From the NCBI GenBank assembly GCA_963677485.1, contig OY781964.1, positions 3,008,001-3,072,000 of the forward strand: a DNA stretch of 64,000 nucleotides, written 5' to 3'. The notes beneath the pieces were generated by a model, which ran no database searches, was not told the DNA's origin, and saw only the letters and a program-made list of their open reading frames with translations. This document shows, piece after piece, positions 30,029-40,040 of this stretch. Source of the DNA: Armatimonadota bacterium. GTDB lineage: Bacteria; Armatimonadota; HRBIN16. Within the stretch, counting starts at the first letter, position 1, and each line of letters opens with the position of its first letter. The position numbers and the translations under genes are program-made.

Positions 30029-31054
30029 ATGAAACACACCCAGGTGAAACAGATCGTAGCGGCTGCACTGGTGCTGAGCTGCGCGGTAGCCACCTCGGCT
30101 CAAAACATCTATATAGGTGAAAAGGCGTCCGCAAACGGCATTTCAGTCACATCCTGGGGCGGAGCTGCTGTTAAAGAGACCTCTGATATGTTTCTTCTGG
30201 GTGGTTACTCCATCCGAGTAGGCACTTTAGGACCACTACAGGGCGTGCGCCTTGCCTATAAAACCCCAATCGATCTTTCTGGTCTAGCCGCCAATCCAAA
30301 TGCGGTGATGAGCATTCACATCAAGCTGCCGAGTGCGACTAAGGCCGGGACGACAGGAATTAGCTCCAAGCGCACAATGGGCGCAGCCGCTATGATGGGC
30401 GGGATGATGATGCCAGGTATGGGCGGCGGCGGTGGTATGAGTATGCCAGGAATGGGTGGAATGATGCCCGGTATGGGCGGCAAGACGGGTGCTGCAGGCA
30501 CTACCGCTAAGCCCAAGGTGATGCAGAAGCTGCGCGTGGTGATGATGAACGACAAGGGTGGCTCCAGCGACTTCGTGGTAAGTTTGCGTGACGCATACAG
30601 CGAAGATGGCTGGCTGGTTCTTGGCGTTCCGATGAAAAAGCTGGTTGGTTTTGCCAAGAGCCCGTTATTGAAAGAGTTGCGTATAGCTGGTGACGCTCAA
30701 GATACCTTCTATTTAGGAAGTGTGACAGGGGCCACCGATAGTAACCCATTGCGCGCGGACAACATCCGCGTCAACGAGGACCTGCAAGTTCTTCTTGATG
30801 ATGAGCAGGCCGATATGCAGAGCCTGGTAGCCCGGAAAAATGTATGGCTGACAGCAAATATCGCCGCCAGCATGATCCCGGTGAAGGTGACATGGGATAT
30901 CGACAACCGTGACGGCTTACAGACTGATGGCGAAGGGATCTACGCTCAGTTGAAGTTCCCAGAGCCAGGTAAATATACTATCACATTGACACTGACCGAC
31001 GTGGCTGGCGTGAAAAAGCCCTTTGTTCTGACGAGGGACATCGAAGTCAACTAA
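30029..31054 (+). CDS. Secreted hypothetical protein with Met/Gly-rich insert and C-terminal PKD-like domain
   Basis: GGAGG RBS, signal peptide ending ATSA, MMGGMMMPGMGG tract, WDID....PGKYTITLTLTD. Confidence 0.75.
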   Translation: MKHTQVKQIVAAALVLSCAVATSAQNIYIGEKASANGISVTSWGGAAVKETSDMFLLGGYSIRVGTLGPLQGVRLAYKTPIDLSGLAANPNAVMSIHIKLPSATKAGTTGISSKRTMGAAAMMGGMMMPGMGGGGGMSMPGMGGMMPGMGGKTGAAGTTAKPKVMQKLRVVMMNDKGGSSDFVVSLRDAYSEDGWLVLGVPMKKLVGFAKSPLLKELRIAGDAQDTFYLGSVTGATDSNPLRADNIRVNEDLQVLLDDEQADMQSLVARKNVWLTANIAASMIPVKVTWDIDNRDGLQTDGEGIYAQLKFPEPGKYTITLTLTDVAGVKKPFVLTRDIEVN

Positions 31055-31073
31055 CCTGTCCATTTCCGTTTAC

Positions 31074-31115
31074 CACAGCCCCCGCTGTCCTTTCAGCGGG
31101 GGCTGTGTGCGTTTT
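31074..31115 (+). terminator. Intrinsic terminator
   Basis: CACAGCCCCCGCTG-TCCTTT-CAGCGGGGGCTGTG then a GTTTT tail. Confidence 0.7.
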
Positions 31116-31137
31116 AGCGTCTGATTTTTCTTAAAAT

Positions 31138-31311
31138 ACTGGTATTTGTTCCAGTTTTACCAAAATAACTTCCATATGAACGAAAAAGGGTTGACTTAGC
31201 CTGGCTGAAAGAACACAATAGAGTTATTAGCTCGGGTTACCCGTGTGTGTTTGGGTCATGAAGTACCAGCACAAGTTTTCCCAAAAGGGCTTCCCATGAA
31301 GGAGAATACCC
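31138..31311 (+). promoter_or_regulatory. Dyad site + sigma70 promoter + leader of TIG gene 2
   Basis: ACTG-N10-CAGT (31138-31155); TTGACT(31191)-17 bp-CACAAT(31214); CCCATGAAGGAGAATA shared with TIG gene 1. Confidence 0.6.
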
Positions 31312-33792
31312 ATGTCGCGTATTTCTGCAATCCGACCGTCAGCATGGCTGGCCACGCTCGCTTTTATAGCGATGGCACTGCCTATGTCTGCTGCCGTCGC
31401 TCCACCAACAATAACTGATTTCAACCCAAAACAGTGTTACGAAGGGCAATACGGATCCAAATTCCGTGTCAACATTACTGGGACGAACTTCAACTGGGTT
31501 TCTGCGGTTAGTGTCGGGGGACGCTCTGCTAGTTTCGTAGTGAATGATAGTAAGAACATCACAGCCTATGTGCCCGTATCAGCAAGCAGTAATCCCATTT
31601 ATGTCACTACTGCCGGCGGTACGGCTTACGGGAAAGTTCCGTTTTACGTACTGCCTATTCCGCGCCCTACTATCACAGACTTCAACCCGAAAGAGGCATA
31701 TGTAGGCGAGTGCGGTAAAACAATAGTTATTACTGGTACTGGCTTCCAAGGGATCCCAGGCACTAACCCATCTAGTGGTGCCAAGTCTGTAAGTATTGGA
31801 GGTCATTCCACTACTAACTTCTCTGTCCTGAGTGACACAATAATAACGGTAGTCATTCCACCTGGTGCTACCACTTACGGCCTATCTGTCACTAACGCCG
31901 GTGGCACTGGTTATAGTGCAGACTATCTAACAATACTACCAATTCCTGCCCCTGTCATCACGAGTTTCTCACCTGAAGAAATTGATGTCGGCGATACAAC
32001 GACTAAAATCCAGATACACGGCGATAATTTCTTGGGTATTGGGGTCCGCAGTAAAGTAAAAACAGGGGTGACCTCGGTATCAGTTGGAGGTAAAAGTCCA
32101 CTAATCCCCAAAGTGCTAAGTGATGATCTACTGGAAGTAGTTGTACCGGCAGGTGCTACTACAAATCTTATCTCCGTTACTTCATCAGGCGGAACAACAT
32201 ATAGCACTAAGCATCTCGTAGTGAATGCCATCCCTCTTCCAACAGTAGATAGTTTTACTCCCGGCGAGGCCATAGTCGGAGATGACAAGATTGAAATCAT
32301 TGTCACAGGCACAGGGTTCAATGGTAAAGGTACAGTCGGTGGCTTACCCACAGGTGTATCGCACGTATATATTGGCGGAGTTGAGACTTTCTCATGGAAG
32401 CGTACCTCTGGTGATGACAACCATCTTACCTTGACTGTGCCCGCAGGGGCCGCATCTGGGAGCATTTCTGTCACTACAGCTGGGGGCACAGGATATAGTT
32501 CAGATGCCTTCATTATAAGGCCGATCACTGCACCGACCATCAGCACCTATACACCTGAAGGTAGGGTGGGCACCGATGTCGTTATCCACGGCACGAACTT
32601 TATTGTTTATAAAAACAATGGAACTGATAGGCTCACTACACTACCCATCGTCACTATTGGCGGCCGTCCTGCAGCGATTAAAGGTTCTTATGATGCTAAC
32701 AGTATCACGGCAACAGTGGATGCGCAAGCAACCACGGGAGGCATTTCAGTCCAAACCGAGGGCGGAACTGCTTACAGCAGCGGATACTTCACGGTCCTTA
32801 CCGTTCCTGCACCGACCATAACCTCCCTTTCTACCGGGTACGGTTATTGGGGCGATTGGATACATATCTTCGGAACGAACCTAGATCAGGAGCCTGTGTC
32901 CATCAAGTTCGGTAACACGACGGTGGGTGCTGGTTACATCGTCAGCCCGTTCGATATCTGCGTACAAATACCCGATTACGCGGCTTCTGGCCTGATCACT
33001 GTCACCACGCCTGGTGGCACAGCGACAAGCGCCGGCGATTTTGAGATTGCTGCTGCACCAGACATTCTTGAGGTAAATCCGTGGAATGGTCTGGTAGGAG
33101 ATACGATCACCCTATCGGGAACTAACTTTACTGACGCATATTCGGTGGAGTTTGGTGTCGTACCTGCGTTTTTTGATGTATTGGATGCTAGCCATATATC
33201 CGCCATAGTGCCTACGGGTGGCAACGGCAAGATTACTGTTAGAACACCATATGGTTTTCACACCACTGATGGCAGCTTCATAGTTAATCCAAGTGGTGCA
33301 GCACCCACGATTTCTAGCTTCCTCTGTCAAGGCACAGATGAAGGCGGGATCGGTGAAGTAGTTACCATCACTGGAACGAACTTCACTGCTGGTTCCAAGG
33401 TGATGTTCAATGGCGTAGCGGCAGTAACAGTCGTCGATAATTCGACATCGATCCGTGCGACCATTCCTGCCTCGGCGACGACTGGTCTGATATCCGTCAG
33501 TACATCAGGTGGAATGGCGTTCAGCAACAAGTTATTCTACGTCATTCAAGCACCAACGATTACGTCTTCAACACCATCTGTCAAGGAATATGGAATTGTA
33601 GAGATCTGGGGCACGAACTTCACCAATGGTACTAAGGTAACGTTTGGTGCTGGTGTTCCTGCCGATTCGATCGTAATTTGGTCATGTAACTATATTACGG
33701 TTACTATGCCACATGCAAGCCCTGGACCTTACGACATGAAGCTTACGACACGAGGTGGTAGTTCTACCGGTTCTGTCACTGTCATCCCGTAA
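31312..33792 (+). CDS. Secreted IPT/TIG-repeat protein (9 domains)
   Basis: Signal peptide and first TIG domain homologous to the 25072 protein (GQYG.F.V.I.GTNFN.VSAV.VGGRSASFVVN). Confidence 0.85.
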   Translation: MSRISAIRPSAWLATLAFIAMALPMSAAVAPPTITDFNPKQCYEGQYGSKFRVNITGTNFNWVSAVSVGGRSASFVVNDSKNITAYVPVSASSNPIYVTTAGGTAYGKVPFYVLPIPRPTITDFNPKEAYVGECGKTIVITGTGFQGIPGTNPSSGAKSVSIGGHSTTNFSVLSDTIITVVIPPGATTYGLSVTNAGGTGYSADYLTILPIPAPVITSFSPEEIDVGDTTTKIQIHGDNFLGIGVRSKVKTGVTSVSVGGKSPLIPKVLSDDLLEVVVPAGATTNLISVTSSGGTTYSTKHLVVNAIPLPTVDSFTPGEAIVGDDKIEIIVTGTGFNGKGTVGGLPTGVSHVYIGGVETFSWKRTSGDDNHLTLTVPAGAASGSISVTTAGGTGYSSDAFIIRPITAPTISTYTPEGRVGTDVVIHGTNFIVYKNNGTDRLTTLPIVTIGGRPAAIKGSYDANSITATVDAQATTGGISVQTEGGTAYSSGYFTVLTVPAPTITSLSTGYGYWGDWIHIFGTNLDQEPVSIKFGNTTVGAGYIVSPFDICVQIPDYAASGLITVTTPGGTATSAGDFEIAAAPDILEVNPWNGLVGDTITLSGTNFTDAYSVEFGVVPAFFDVLDASHISAIVPTGGNGKITVRTPYGFHTTDGSFIVNPSGAAPTISSFLCQGTDEGGIGEVVTITGTNFTAGSKVMFNGVAAVTVVDNSTSIRATIPASATTGLISVSTSGGMAFSNKLFYVIQAPTITSSTPSVKEYGIVEIWGTNFTNGTKVTFGAGVPADSIVIWSCNYITVTMPHASPGPYDMKLTTRGGSSTGSVTVIP

Positions 33793-33832
33793 CCGCCTCT
33801 CCCCTGAGGCCCTAGGCCTCAAGCAAGACCCG

Positions 33833-33868
33833 CAGAGCACGCAACTCAAACCTCAGTTGCGTGCTCTG
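33833..33868. terminator. Stem-loop after the CDS
   Basis: CAGAGCACGCAACT...AGTTGCGTGCTCTG 14-bp inverted repeat. Confidence 0.55.
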
Positions 33869-34019
33869 GCTTATGAACGCACACACACCACACCCCCAAT
33901 AGTAATCTGGTGTCACATCAGTACTGAATGAAGCCAAAGCCCAATCACTGCCTTGAATATGCACTCGGCGCGGAGTAGGCTAAAAATGTCAGCATCAATT
34001 CTCAGCGGGGTGTTACTCA

Positions 34020-36845
34020 ATGGACGCATTCAATTCTGCACAATGGATATGGACCGATCTGGACGACGGCGGCATGAACGTGATCGTCTGCGTGCGAAAG
34101 AGCTTTACGCTGGACGCCGCTCCGCAGTTCGCCAATCTGGACATCTCCGCCGACAGCCGGTATGTGCTCTACGTAAACGGAGAGCGCGTTGCCAACGGCC
34201 CGATGCGCAGTTGGAACCACCTGAAGCAATACGACACACTCGAAATCGCCCCCTGGCTGAAGGCGGGTCAGAACACGTTCGCGGTGATGGTCACCAGATA
34301 TGGCGTGGCTTCCGGGCAGTATATGGATGGGCCTGGTGGTTTGATCGCCCAGCTTAACGTCGATGACCAGCCGGTTCTCACCACAGACGCATCCTGGAAA
34401 TGGGCGGCCCACACCGAATACAAGCGTTCAGCGCCGCGGCTGGCTTGGGGCATCTTCTTTACGGAGCAAGTGACGGCAGATCCGTTGTTCCACTCTTGGA
34501 TGCAGCCCGACTTTGATGATGCAGACTGGCAGGCTGGATATGAAATGGGACCGGTGGGCACCGAGCCATTTGTGCAGATGCAGGCCCGTTCGCTTCCGTT
34601 GCTGACCGAACAGGTTCTATACCCCCGCTCGATTTCAGATGCCCGCGTGGTGAAGACACTCCGAAACAGCTTCGCGTTCTCCATCCAGCGGCAGATCATG
34701 AAAATCCGTGGACCACATGAGCCTGAGAATGGCTCCTCCGTGTTGCTGACGTTCCTTGTTTCTGACAAACCCACAAAAGCGGTATGGCGGCGCATGAACG
34801 CTTCTTGCGGCCTGGATGCAATTCATAGTGTGCGCCTCAACCACACAGATGTGACCTTCAAGGATGATGTGGCCGAGATTGAGCTCAAAGCCGGTGAGAA
34901 CCTGCTAGTCATACGTCTGAACCCAGGGATGCAGAGCCATCCCTCCTGGGTTTTTGAGACCGATGCGGAGCTGAGGCTGCTCTCACCTAAAGCGGTCAAG
35001 CCGGGACCAGCCGCCATCTATGTGCTGCCTGCGGGTGCCGACATCAGCCAGGACAAGGTGGCCAACGGACTGTGGGATGCGCATTGCCGCGGCTGTCTAG
35101 GAAGCTGGTTAAGTAACCTGCAGCCCATCACCTGGGCTGACAGCTACACCGATGTCTACGCGCTGGCTAACACACGCCAGCAGGTCGGTGTGAGAGCGGT
35201 GGTTTTCGATACCGAGGCGATGTGTAGTGATAACTCCCAGTTTACGACTATCATCCCGTGCGCCGATGGCGACACCGAACTGCTGTTGGATTTCGGGGAG
35301 GAAATCGCTGGCTATCTCGATTTTGAGCTGATCGCCGCGCCGGGAGTGACGGTCGACTTTTACGGCATGGAGGCGATCGTCGACGGCAAGTGGAGCTGGA
35401 CAGATAACCTGAACAACACGATGCGGTATACCTGCATGGATGGCTTGCAGAGCTACCGCAGTGAGGTCCGAATGGCCTTCCGGTATCTCACTGTCACGGT
35501 ACGCAACGCAACGGCCCCAGTGCGGATTCGACGCGTCAGGTTGATCCAGAACACCTATCCTGTGCAGTATTTGGGCGATTTCGCCAGCAACGATGGGATG
35601 CTGAACCAGATTTACGACATCAGCCGCCGCACTACCCGTTTGTGCATGGAAGATACTTTTGTGGATTGCCCGGCCTACGAGCAGACTTACTGGGTGGGTG
35701 ACAGCCGAAACGAGGCCTTGGCCAACATGGCGGTGTTCGGCGATGGCCGGATCACCAAGCGGTGCCTGCGTCTGGCCGCGGAGTCGATGTGGCGGTCCCC
35801 CATGCCCGAATCTCATGCGCCCGCCCGCGGTTTTGGGATCATCCCCGATTGGAGCTTCTTCTGGGCCTTCGCAATCCACGAGTACTACCTGTATACCGCG
35901 GATATCGAGTTTGTGAAGGAGATGGCACCCTATGTCCAGCGGATGTGCGATTTCCTGCTCGATCAACGTGGGGAGACAGGTCTGGTGCAATATGCGGCTT
36001 GGAATATGCTGGACTGGGCTCCTATGCAGTGCCCCCCAGGTGGGGCCATCACGCACGAGAACGCCTTCTTTGTCAAAGCTTTGCACGAAGCCAGCGAACT
36101 GCTGCGCCTGGCAGGACTACCCGGCGGCGACCGGTATCTCACCGAAGCCGAAGCACTGAAAGCTGCGATCAACCAGCACCTGTGGGATGAATCCGAGGGC
36201 GGTTACCGTGATGCCAATCTGCCTGATGGCGCGCCGGGCACGGTCTTCAGCCAGCAGAGCCAGACCGTGGCTTATCTGTGTGACATAGCCTCAGGTCCGC
36301 GGGAAGAACGGGTGGCGGGAATGATGAAGCAGTGCCCTGACACCTGGACGAAGGTGGGAAGCCCCTTCATGATGTGGTTCAGCTTTGAGGCCCTGGAGAA
36401 AGCGGGGGATAAGCAGACCATTCTCGATTGGATGCGCCTCTGGTGGGGCGAAATGATCGAGTATGGTGCCACCACGTGCTGGGAGACCTACACAAGCTCG
36501 TTGGAGGGTCGATGGGCCCCTACACGCAGTTGGTGCCATGCCTGGTCGGCTGCCCCTGCCTACTTCCTTCCTTCGATGGTGCTGGGTGTGCGTCCTGTGG
36601 CCCCCGGTTTCAAAAAGGCGGTGGTTGCGCCATTCATTGGCGATCTGCAGTGGGCGAAGGGGCGCGTGCCGACACCTTACGGCCAGATCAGCGTGAGCTG
36701 GAAGCTTATCGACGGCAAGATGAACCTGACGGTCATTCACCCCGCCGAGGTGGATGTCGAGATCGTGCTTCCTGAGGGTGTGGAGATGGGTGAGGTGAAG
36801 AAGCTGGTCAGCAGCTTCATGACCAGCCCTGAGGGGATTTCGTAG
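34020..36845 (+). CDS. Alpha-L-rhamnosidase (GH78)
   Basis: ISADSRYVLYVNG, LDFGEE, FVDCPAYEQTYWVGD, GATTCWE, SWCHAWSAAP, VPTPYG.I.VSW. Confidence 0.88.
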   Translation: MDAFNSAQWIWTDLDDGGMNVIVCVRKSFTLDAAPQFANLDISADSRYVLYVNGERVANGPMRSWNHLKQYDTLEIAPWLKAGQNTFAVMVTRYGVASGQYMDGPGGLIAQLNVDDQPVLTTDASWKWAAHTEYKRSAPRLAWGIFFTEQVTADPLFHSWMQPDFDDADWQAGYEMGPVGTEPFVQMQARSLPLLTEQVLYPRSISDARVVKTLRNSFAFSIQRQIMKIRGPHEPENGSSVLLTFLVSDKPTKAVWRRMNASCGLDAIHSVRLNHTDVTFKDDVAEIELKAGENLLVIRLNPGMQSHPSWVFETDAELRLLSPKAVKPGPAAIYVLPAGADISQDKVANGLWDAHCRGCLGSWLSNLQPITWADSYTDVYALANTRQQVGVRAVVFDTEAMCSDNSQFTTIIPCADGDTELLLDFGEEIAGYLDFELIAAPGVTVDFYGMEAIVDGKWSWTDNLNNTMRYTCMDGLQSYRSEVRMAFRYLTVTVRNATAPVRIRRVRLIQNTYPVQYLGDFASNDGMLNQIYDISRRTTRLCMEDTFVDCPAYEQTYWVGDSRNEALANMAVFGDGRITKRCLRLAAESMWRSPMPESHAPARGFGIIPDWSFFWAFAIHEYYLYTADIEFVKEMAPYVQRMCDFLLDQRGETGLVQYAAWNMLDWAPMQCPPGGAITHENAFFVKALHEASELLRLAGLPGGDRYLTEAEALKAAINQHLWDESEGGYRDANLPDGAPGTVFSQQSQTVAYLCDIASGPREERVAGMMKQCPDTWTKVGSPFMMWFSFEALEKAGDKQTILDWMRLWWGEMIEYGATTCWETYTSSLEGRWAPTRSWCHAWSAAPAYFLPSMVLGVRPVAPGFKKAVVAPFIGDLQWAKGRVPTPYGQISVSWKLIDGKMNLTVIHPAEVDVEIVLPEGVEMGEVKKLVSSFMTSPEGIS

Positions 36846-36916
36846 CCTGCGTGCGAGTATTATGGGATCTATGACCCAGAAAATGCTCGTATATATTGTA
36901 AAGCCAATGTGCCGTC

Positions 36917-37149
36917 GATTTCGCGACATAAATGTCAGTCTATTACCCACTAATATTGCATGGCCAGTAGGTCACCGATTCCGCGACATAAATGTCTCGG
37001 CTATTGAACACCAAGACTGCTGAAGCAGTCTACATTAACGTTATCTTTGTCGGTAAGGAGCTCCGCAGCCCGGTTTAGCGGGCTTTTTGATCAATAGCCG
37101 AGACATTTATGTCGCGGCTATTGAACACCAAGCCCGTTGAAACGGTCTG
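36917..37149. repeat. REP cluster family C (CGCGACATAAATGTC units)
   Basis: Direct copies at ~36921 and ~36981; an inverted copy TCAATAGCCGAGACATTTATGTCGCGG at ~37091; GGCTATTGAACACCAAG occurs twice. Confidence 0.8.
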
Positions 37150-37214
37150 AGGCACATCGGACCGTTGGCGGTATCGGTATCTTGGCTGCTTTAGCAGTCT
37201 TGTAAATTACTAGG

Positions 37215-37381
37215 TTGGCTATGCCCGGGCGGTCTGTCAGTACGCCAGCGGAGGCCACTTTCTATAAACCGCGCCGGTCTTGTTCCCGACACATATCTTT
37301 TGGGGCTATCCGCCAGACCGGCGCGGTCTCGAGCCTTCTGCATCCGCTAGCCTACGCACAGACCGCCCCGGACATAGGCAA
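37215..37381. repeat. Repeat family A, full copy
   Basis: TTGGCTATGCCCGGGCGGTCTGT ... ACAGACCGCCCCGGACATAGGCAA. Confidence 0.88.
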
Positions 37382-37385
37382 CACA

Positions 37386-37663
37386 TGATTGCAATAAAGG
37401 TTATACTGCCTAATTACGACGGGTTCCATCAGCCCGCTAAAGCAGGCCTCGTCACCCGTCGCTTATCATCTGGCTGTCCGCTGAAGCGGACACGGGGTAC
37501 TCCCTGCGCCGGCCGGAGCGTAGCGACGCCGGCCGCTAATGATCAGCCACGCGGTGAGGAAACCCCTTAGGGACGCCAGTCCCGTGGGGTGACTGAACCC
37601 GTGGCCATTTGCCGACAGTATCAGTCACAGTCTGGGCTGCCGTGCCAGCACGGGCGGGTGCTT
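37386..37663. repeat. Repeat family B, inverted full copy
   Basis: Reverse complement of 8570..8848 with scattered substitutions. Confidence 0.85.
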
Positions 37664-37750
37664 ACCCGTGGCTACAGGTCGCGGAATCTCCCCGATAAAT
37701 ATAAATCCGCGACAGCAGGCGGCTGCCGATGCTCGCTACAGACCGGACGG

Positions 37751-39022
37751 TCACGGTAAAACGGGGATGACCAACCGCACAGACGTGCCGACCCCGTCTT
37801 CGCTATCAATTTCAAGACGCCCGCCGTGGGCCTCCAGCAACCGGCTGGCGATGCTCAGCCCAAGCCCCGAATGTTTATCACCTGGGGTTCTGGCAGCATC
37901 GGCTCGGTAGAACGGGTCACACAGGTAGGGCAGGTGCTCAGGCTTGATGCCTTTGCCGTTATCTTGGATCAGAATTGTGATTTGCTGATCTACGATGATC
38001 TTGACCCAGAGATCGCAGCCGCTGCCGGCATGGCTGATGGCGTTGCCAATCACATTATCAACCGCTTGAAGTATCCGGTCCTTGTCCGCATCCACCATCA
38101 CCGCCCCATCAGCCTCCAGCGGATGCAGTGTGATGCCATGCTGCTGTGCGGAAGCTGTGTATGTGGGCACCACCGCCTTCAACAGTCCGACAAGCTCCAC
38201 CGGATGTTTGTCCAGAGTAAAGTGGTCCAGATCCAGCCTGGCCAGCTCCATCAGGTCCTGCACCAACCTCAGCAATCGCTCCGAGTTGCCAACCAAAGCG
38301 TCCAGAGCGCGCTTACGCCGATCCGGTTCGTCAGCCATCCCATCCTGCAGCGCACCGGCCATCGTGCGCATGGTGGTGACGGGGCTGCGGAACTCGTGGG
38401 CGATGTTGGCAAGGAACTGCTTGCGCCGCTTGGCGTCATCTTCCAGGCGTTGTATGTGCCGGTTGACCTGATCAGCCATGTTATTCATCGCAGTGGCCAC
38501 AGCGTCAAATTCGTTGTTTTCCCCCGTCGGAACACGGTAGTCGTAGTTGCCGGCCTGGTAGGCCTCGACACCGGAGGTGAGTGCATTCAGAGGCTTTGTA
38601 TACCGTCGCGCTATCCACGCGGCGGTGACAGATGCCAGGCCTATCGCAAACATCAACCTCACCAGGAAGCCGCGAATCTCTATCCATATGGGGAACTGCC
38701 CAGGACCTCGCCCATGAAACCCTCCACCATGATCACTATGAGCTGCATCAGTTCGGTGACTTGACTGGTTGTTTTGATCGGATTCCTCAGGCGGGGGCAT
38801 ATTTGGTCGACCGGTGATGAAGACCCAGATGTCGAACCGTGGCTCCGGGAAGGGGCGAGGATAAGTCATCGGATCGTCCAGCATCTGCTGGTGCAGTGTC
38901 TTCATGCTCAGGTAGTTCAAGTAGTTGGCCAGCCCGCTGCTTAACATCCAACTGATGATGATTGTCAGTGTGATGGCCCAAGTGAGGCTTGCTCGGACGC
39001 TAGTTCGTCGGCCGATACGCAT
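37751..39022 (-). CDS. HAMP-domain sensor histidine kinase
   Basis: Two TMs, HAMP, H-box IAHEFRSP, N-box NVIGNAISH, DNGKGI, FYRAD, SGLGLSI. Confidence 0.93.
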   Translation of the reverse strand: MRIGRRTSVRASLTWAITLTIIISWMLSSGLANYLNYLSMKTLHQQMLDDPMTYPRPFPEPRFDIWVFITGRPNMPPPEESDQNNQSSHRTDAAHSDHGGGFHGRGPGQFPIWIEIRGFLVRLMFAIGLASVTAAWIARRYTKPLNALTSGVEAYQAGNYDYRVPTGENNEFDAVATAMNNMADQVNRHIQRLEDDAKRRKQFLANIAHEFRSPVTTMRTMAGALQDGMADEPDRRKRALDALVGNSERLLRLVQDLMELARLDLDHFTLDKHPVELVGLLKAVVPTYTASAQQHGITLHPLEADGAVMVDADKDRILQAVDNVIGNAISHAGSGCDLWVKIIVDQQITILIQDNGKGIKPEHLPYLCDPFYRADAARTPGDKHSGLGLSIASRLLEAHGGRLEIDSEDGVGTSVRLVIPVLP

Positions 39023-39680
39023 ATCCTACCCCCCTGACTGTGTTGATGGGGAAGTCAGCACAACCCGCCTTCGACAGCTTTTCGCGAAGCCGGTAGACCA
39101 GATTATCAACCAGCCGAAACTCACCGTAGAAGTCGTTCCCCCATATCTTTTCAATAAGGTGTTCGCGGGTAAGCACTATCGCCGGACTGGCCATCAACGC
39201 CGCCAGCATGTCAAATTCCATCGCGGTGAGCTCCACCTCGGTGCCGTTCACCGTCAGGCGCCGCTCTTCGGGGTAGAGAGCCAGGTTCTGCCATTTGAAT
39301 GCGGGTGAATGAAGCTGACTTCGCCCCTTGCGCCGGGCGAGCGCCTCAATACGGGCGACCAGTTCCGACATGTGGAAGGGCTTCGTAACATAGTCATCGG
39401 CACCCAGTTTCAGGGCACGCACCTTGTCGATCTCACCATCTTTAGCAGACAGCATCATGATCATGGCGTCCGCCTCCTGGCTCATGATCTCACACACCTT
39501 CATGCCGTCCATTTTGGGCATCATGATGTCCAGAATCACCAGGTCCGGCTTCTCCTTGCGGTAGACATCCAGCGCCACTTCACCATCACATGCGGTGAGC
39601 ACCTCCAGACCCTCGGCCTCCAGATACCATCGCAGACCTTCGATAAGGTCGGCGTCATCGTCCACAACCAGTATTCGCAT
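39000..39680 (-). CDS. OmpR-family response regulator
   Basis: ILVVDDD, LDIMMPKMDG, GADDYVTKPF, wHTH ending TVRGVGY. Confidence 0.95.
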   Translation of the reverse strand: MRILVVDDDADLIEGLRWYLEAEGLEVLTACDGEVALDVYRKEKPDLVILDIMMPKMDGMKVCEIMSQEADAMIMMLSAKDGEIDKVRALKLGADDYVTKPFHMSELVARIEALARRKGRSQLHSPAFKWQNLALYPEERRLTVNGTEVELTAMEFDMLAALMASPAIVLTREHLIEKIWGNDFYGEFRLVDNLVYRLREKLSKAGCADFPINTVRGVGYAYRPTN

Positions 39681-40040
39681 GTCATCACCCCTATACAGAG
39701 ATTACTGTATTCATTCCTGATTCTAGCATGATGTGTGGTTGTCCGGGGGACAAAATGCACAAAAACCGGCCTTTGAGGACAGATAAGACTGAAATGTGTT
39801 CGATCAGTGATTTTCATTTCACGGACATCAACTGTGAGGGTGACTTGGACGGGATAGAGCCCGTCGCGGAGCACGCGATAGGCCGATTCTGGGCACGACA
39901 TATGCGTCAAAGATTCTCCACAGAAACAAGGACTGGTTGTGATGAAGCTGCGATGCTTGATCCGACGGCCAAAGGTAGCATGATGATGGAGCACAGATGA
40001 AATCCGAAAACCACACACTTAAGAGTAATGGGAGGCACCC

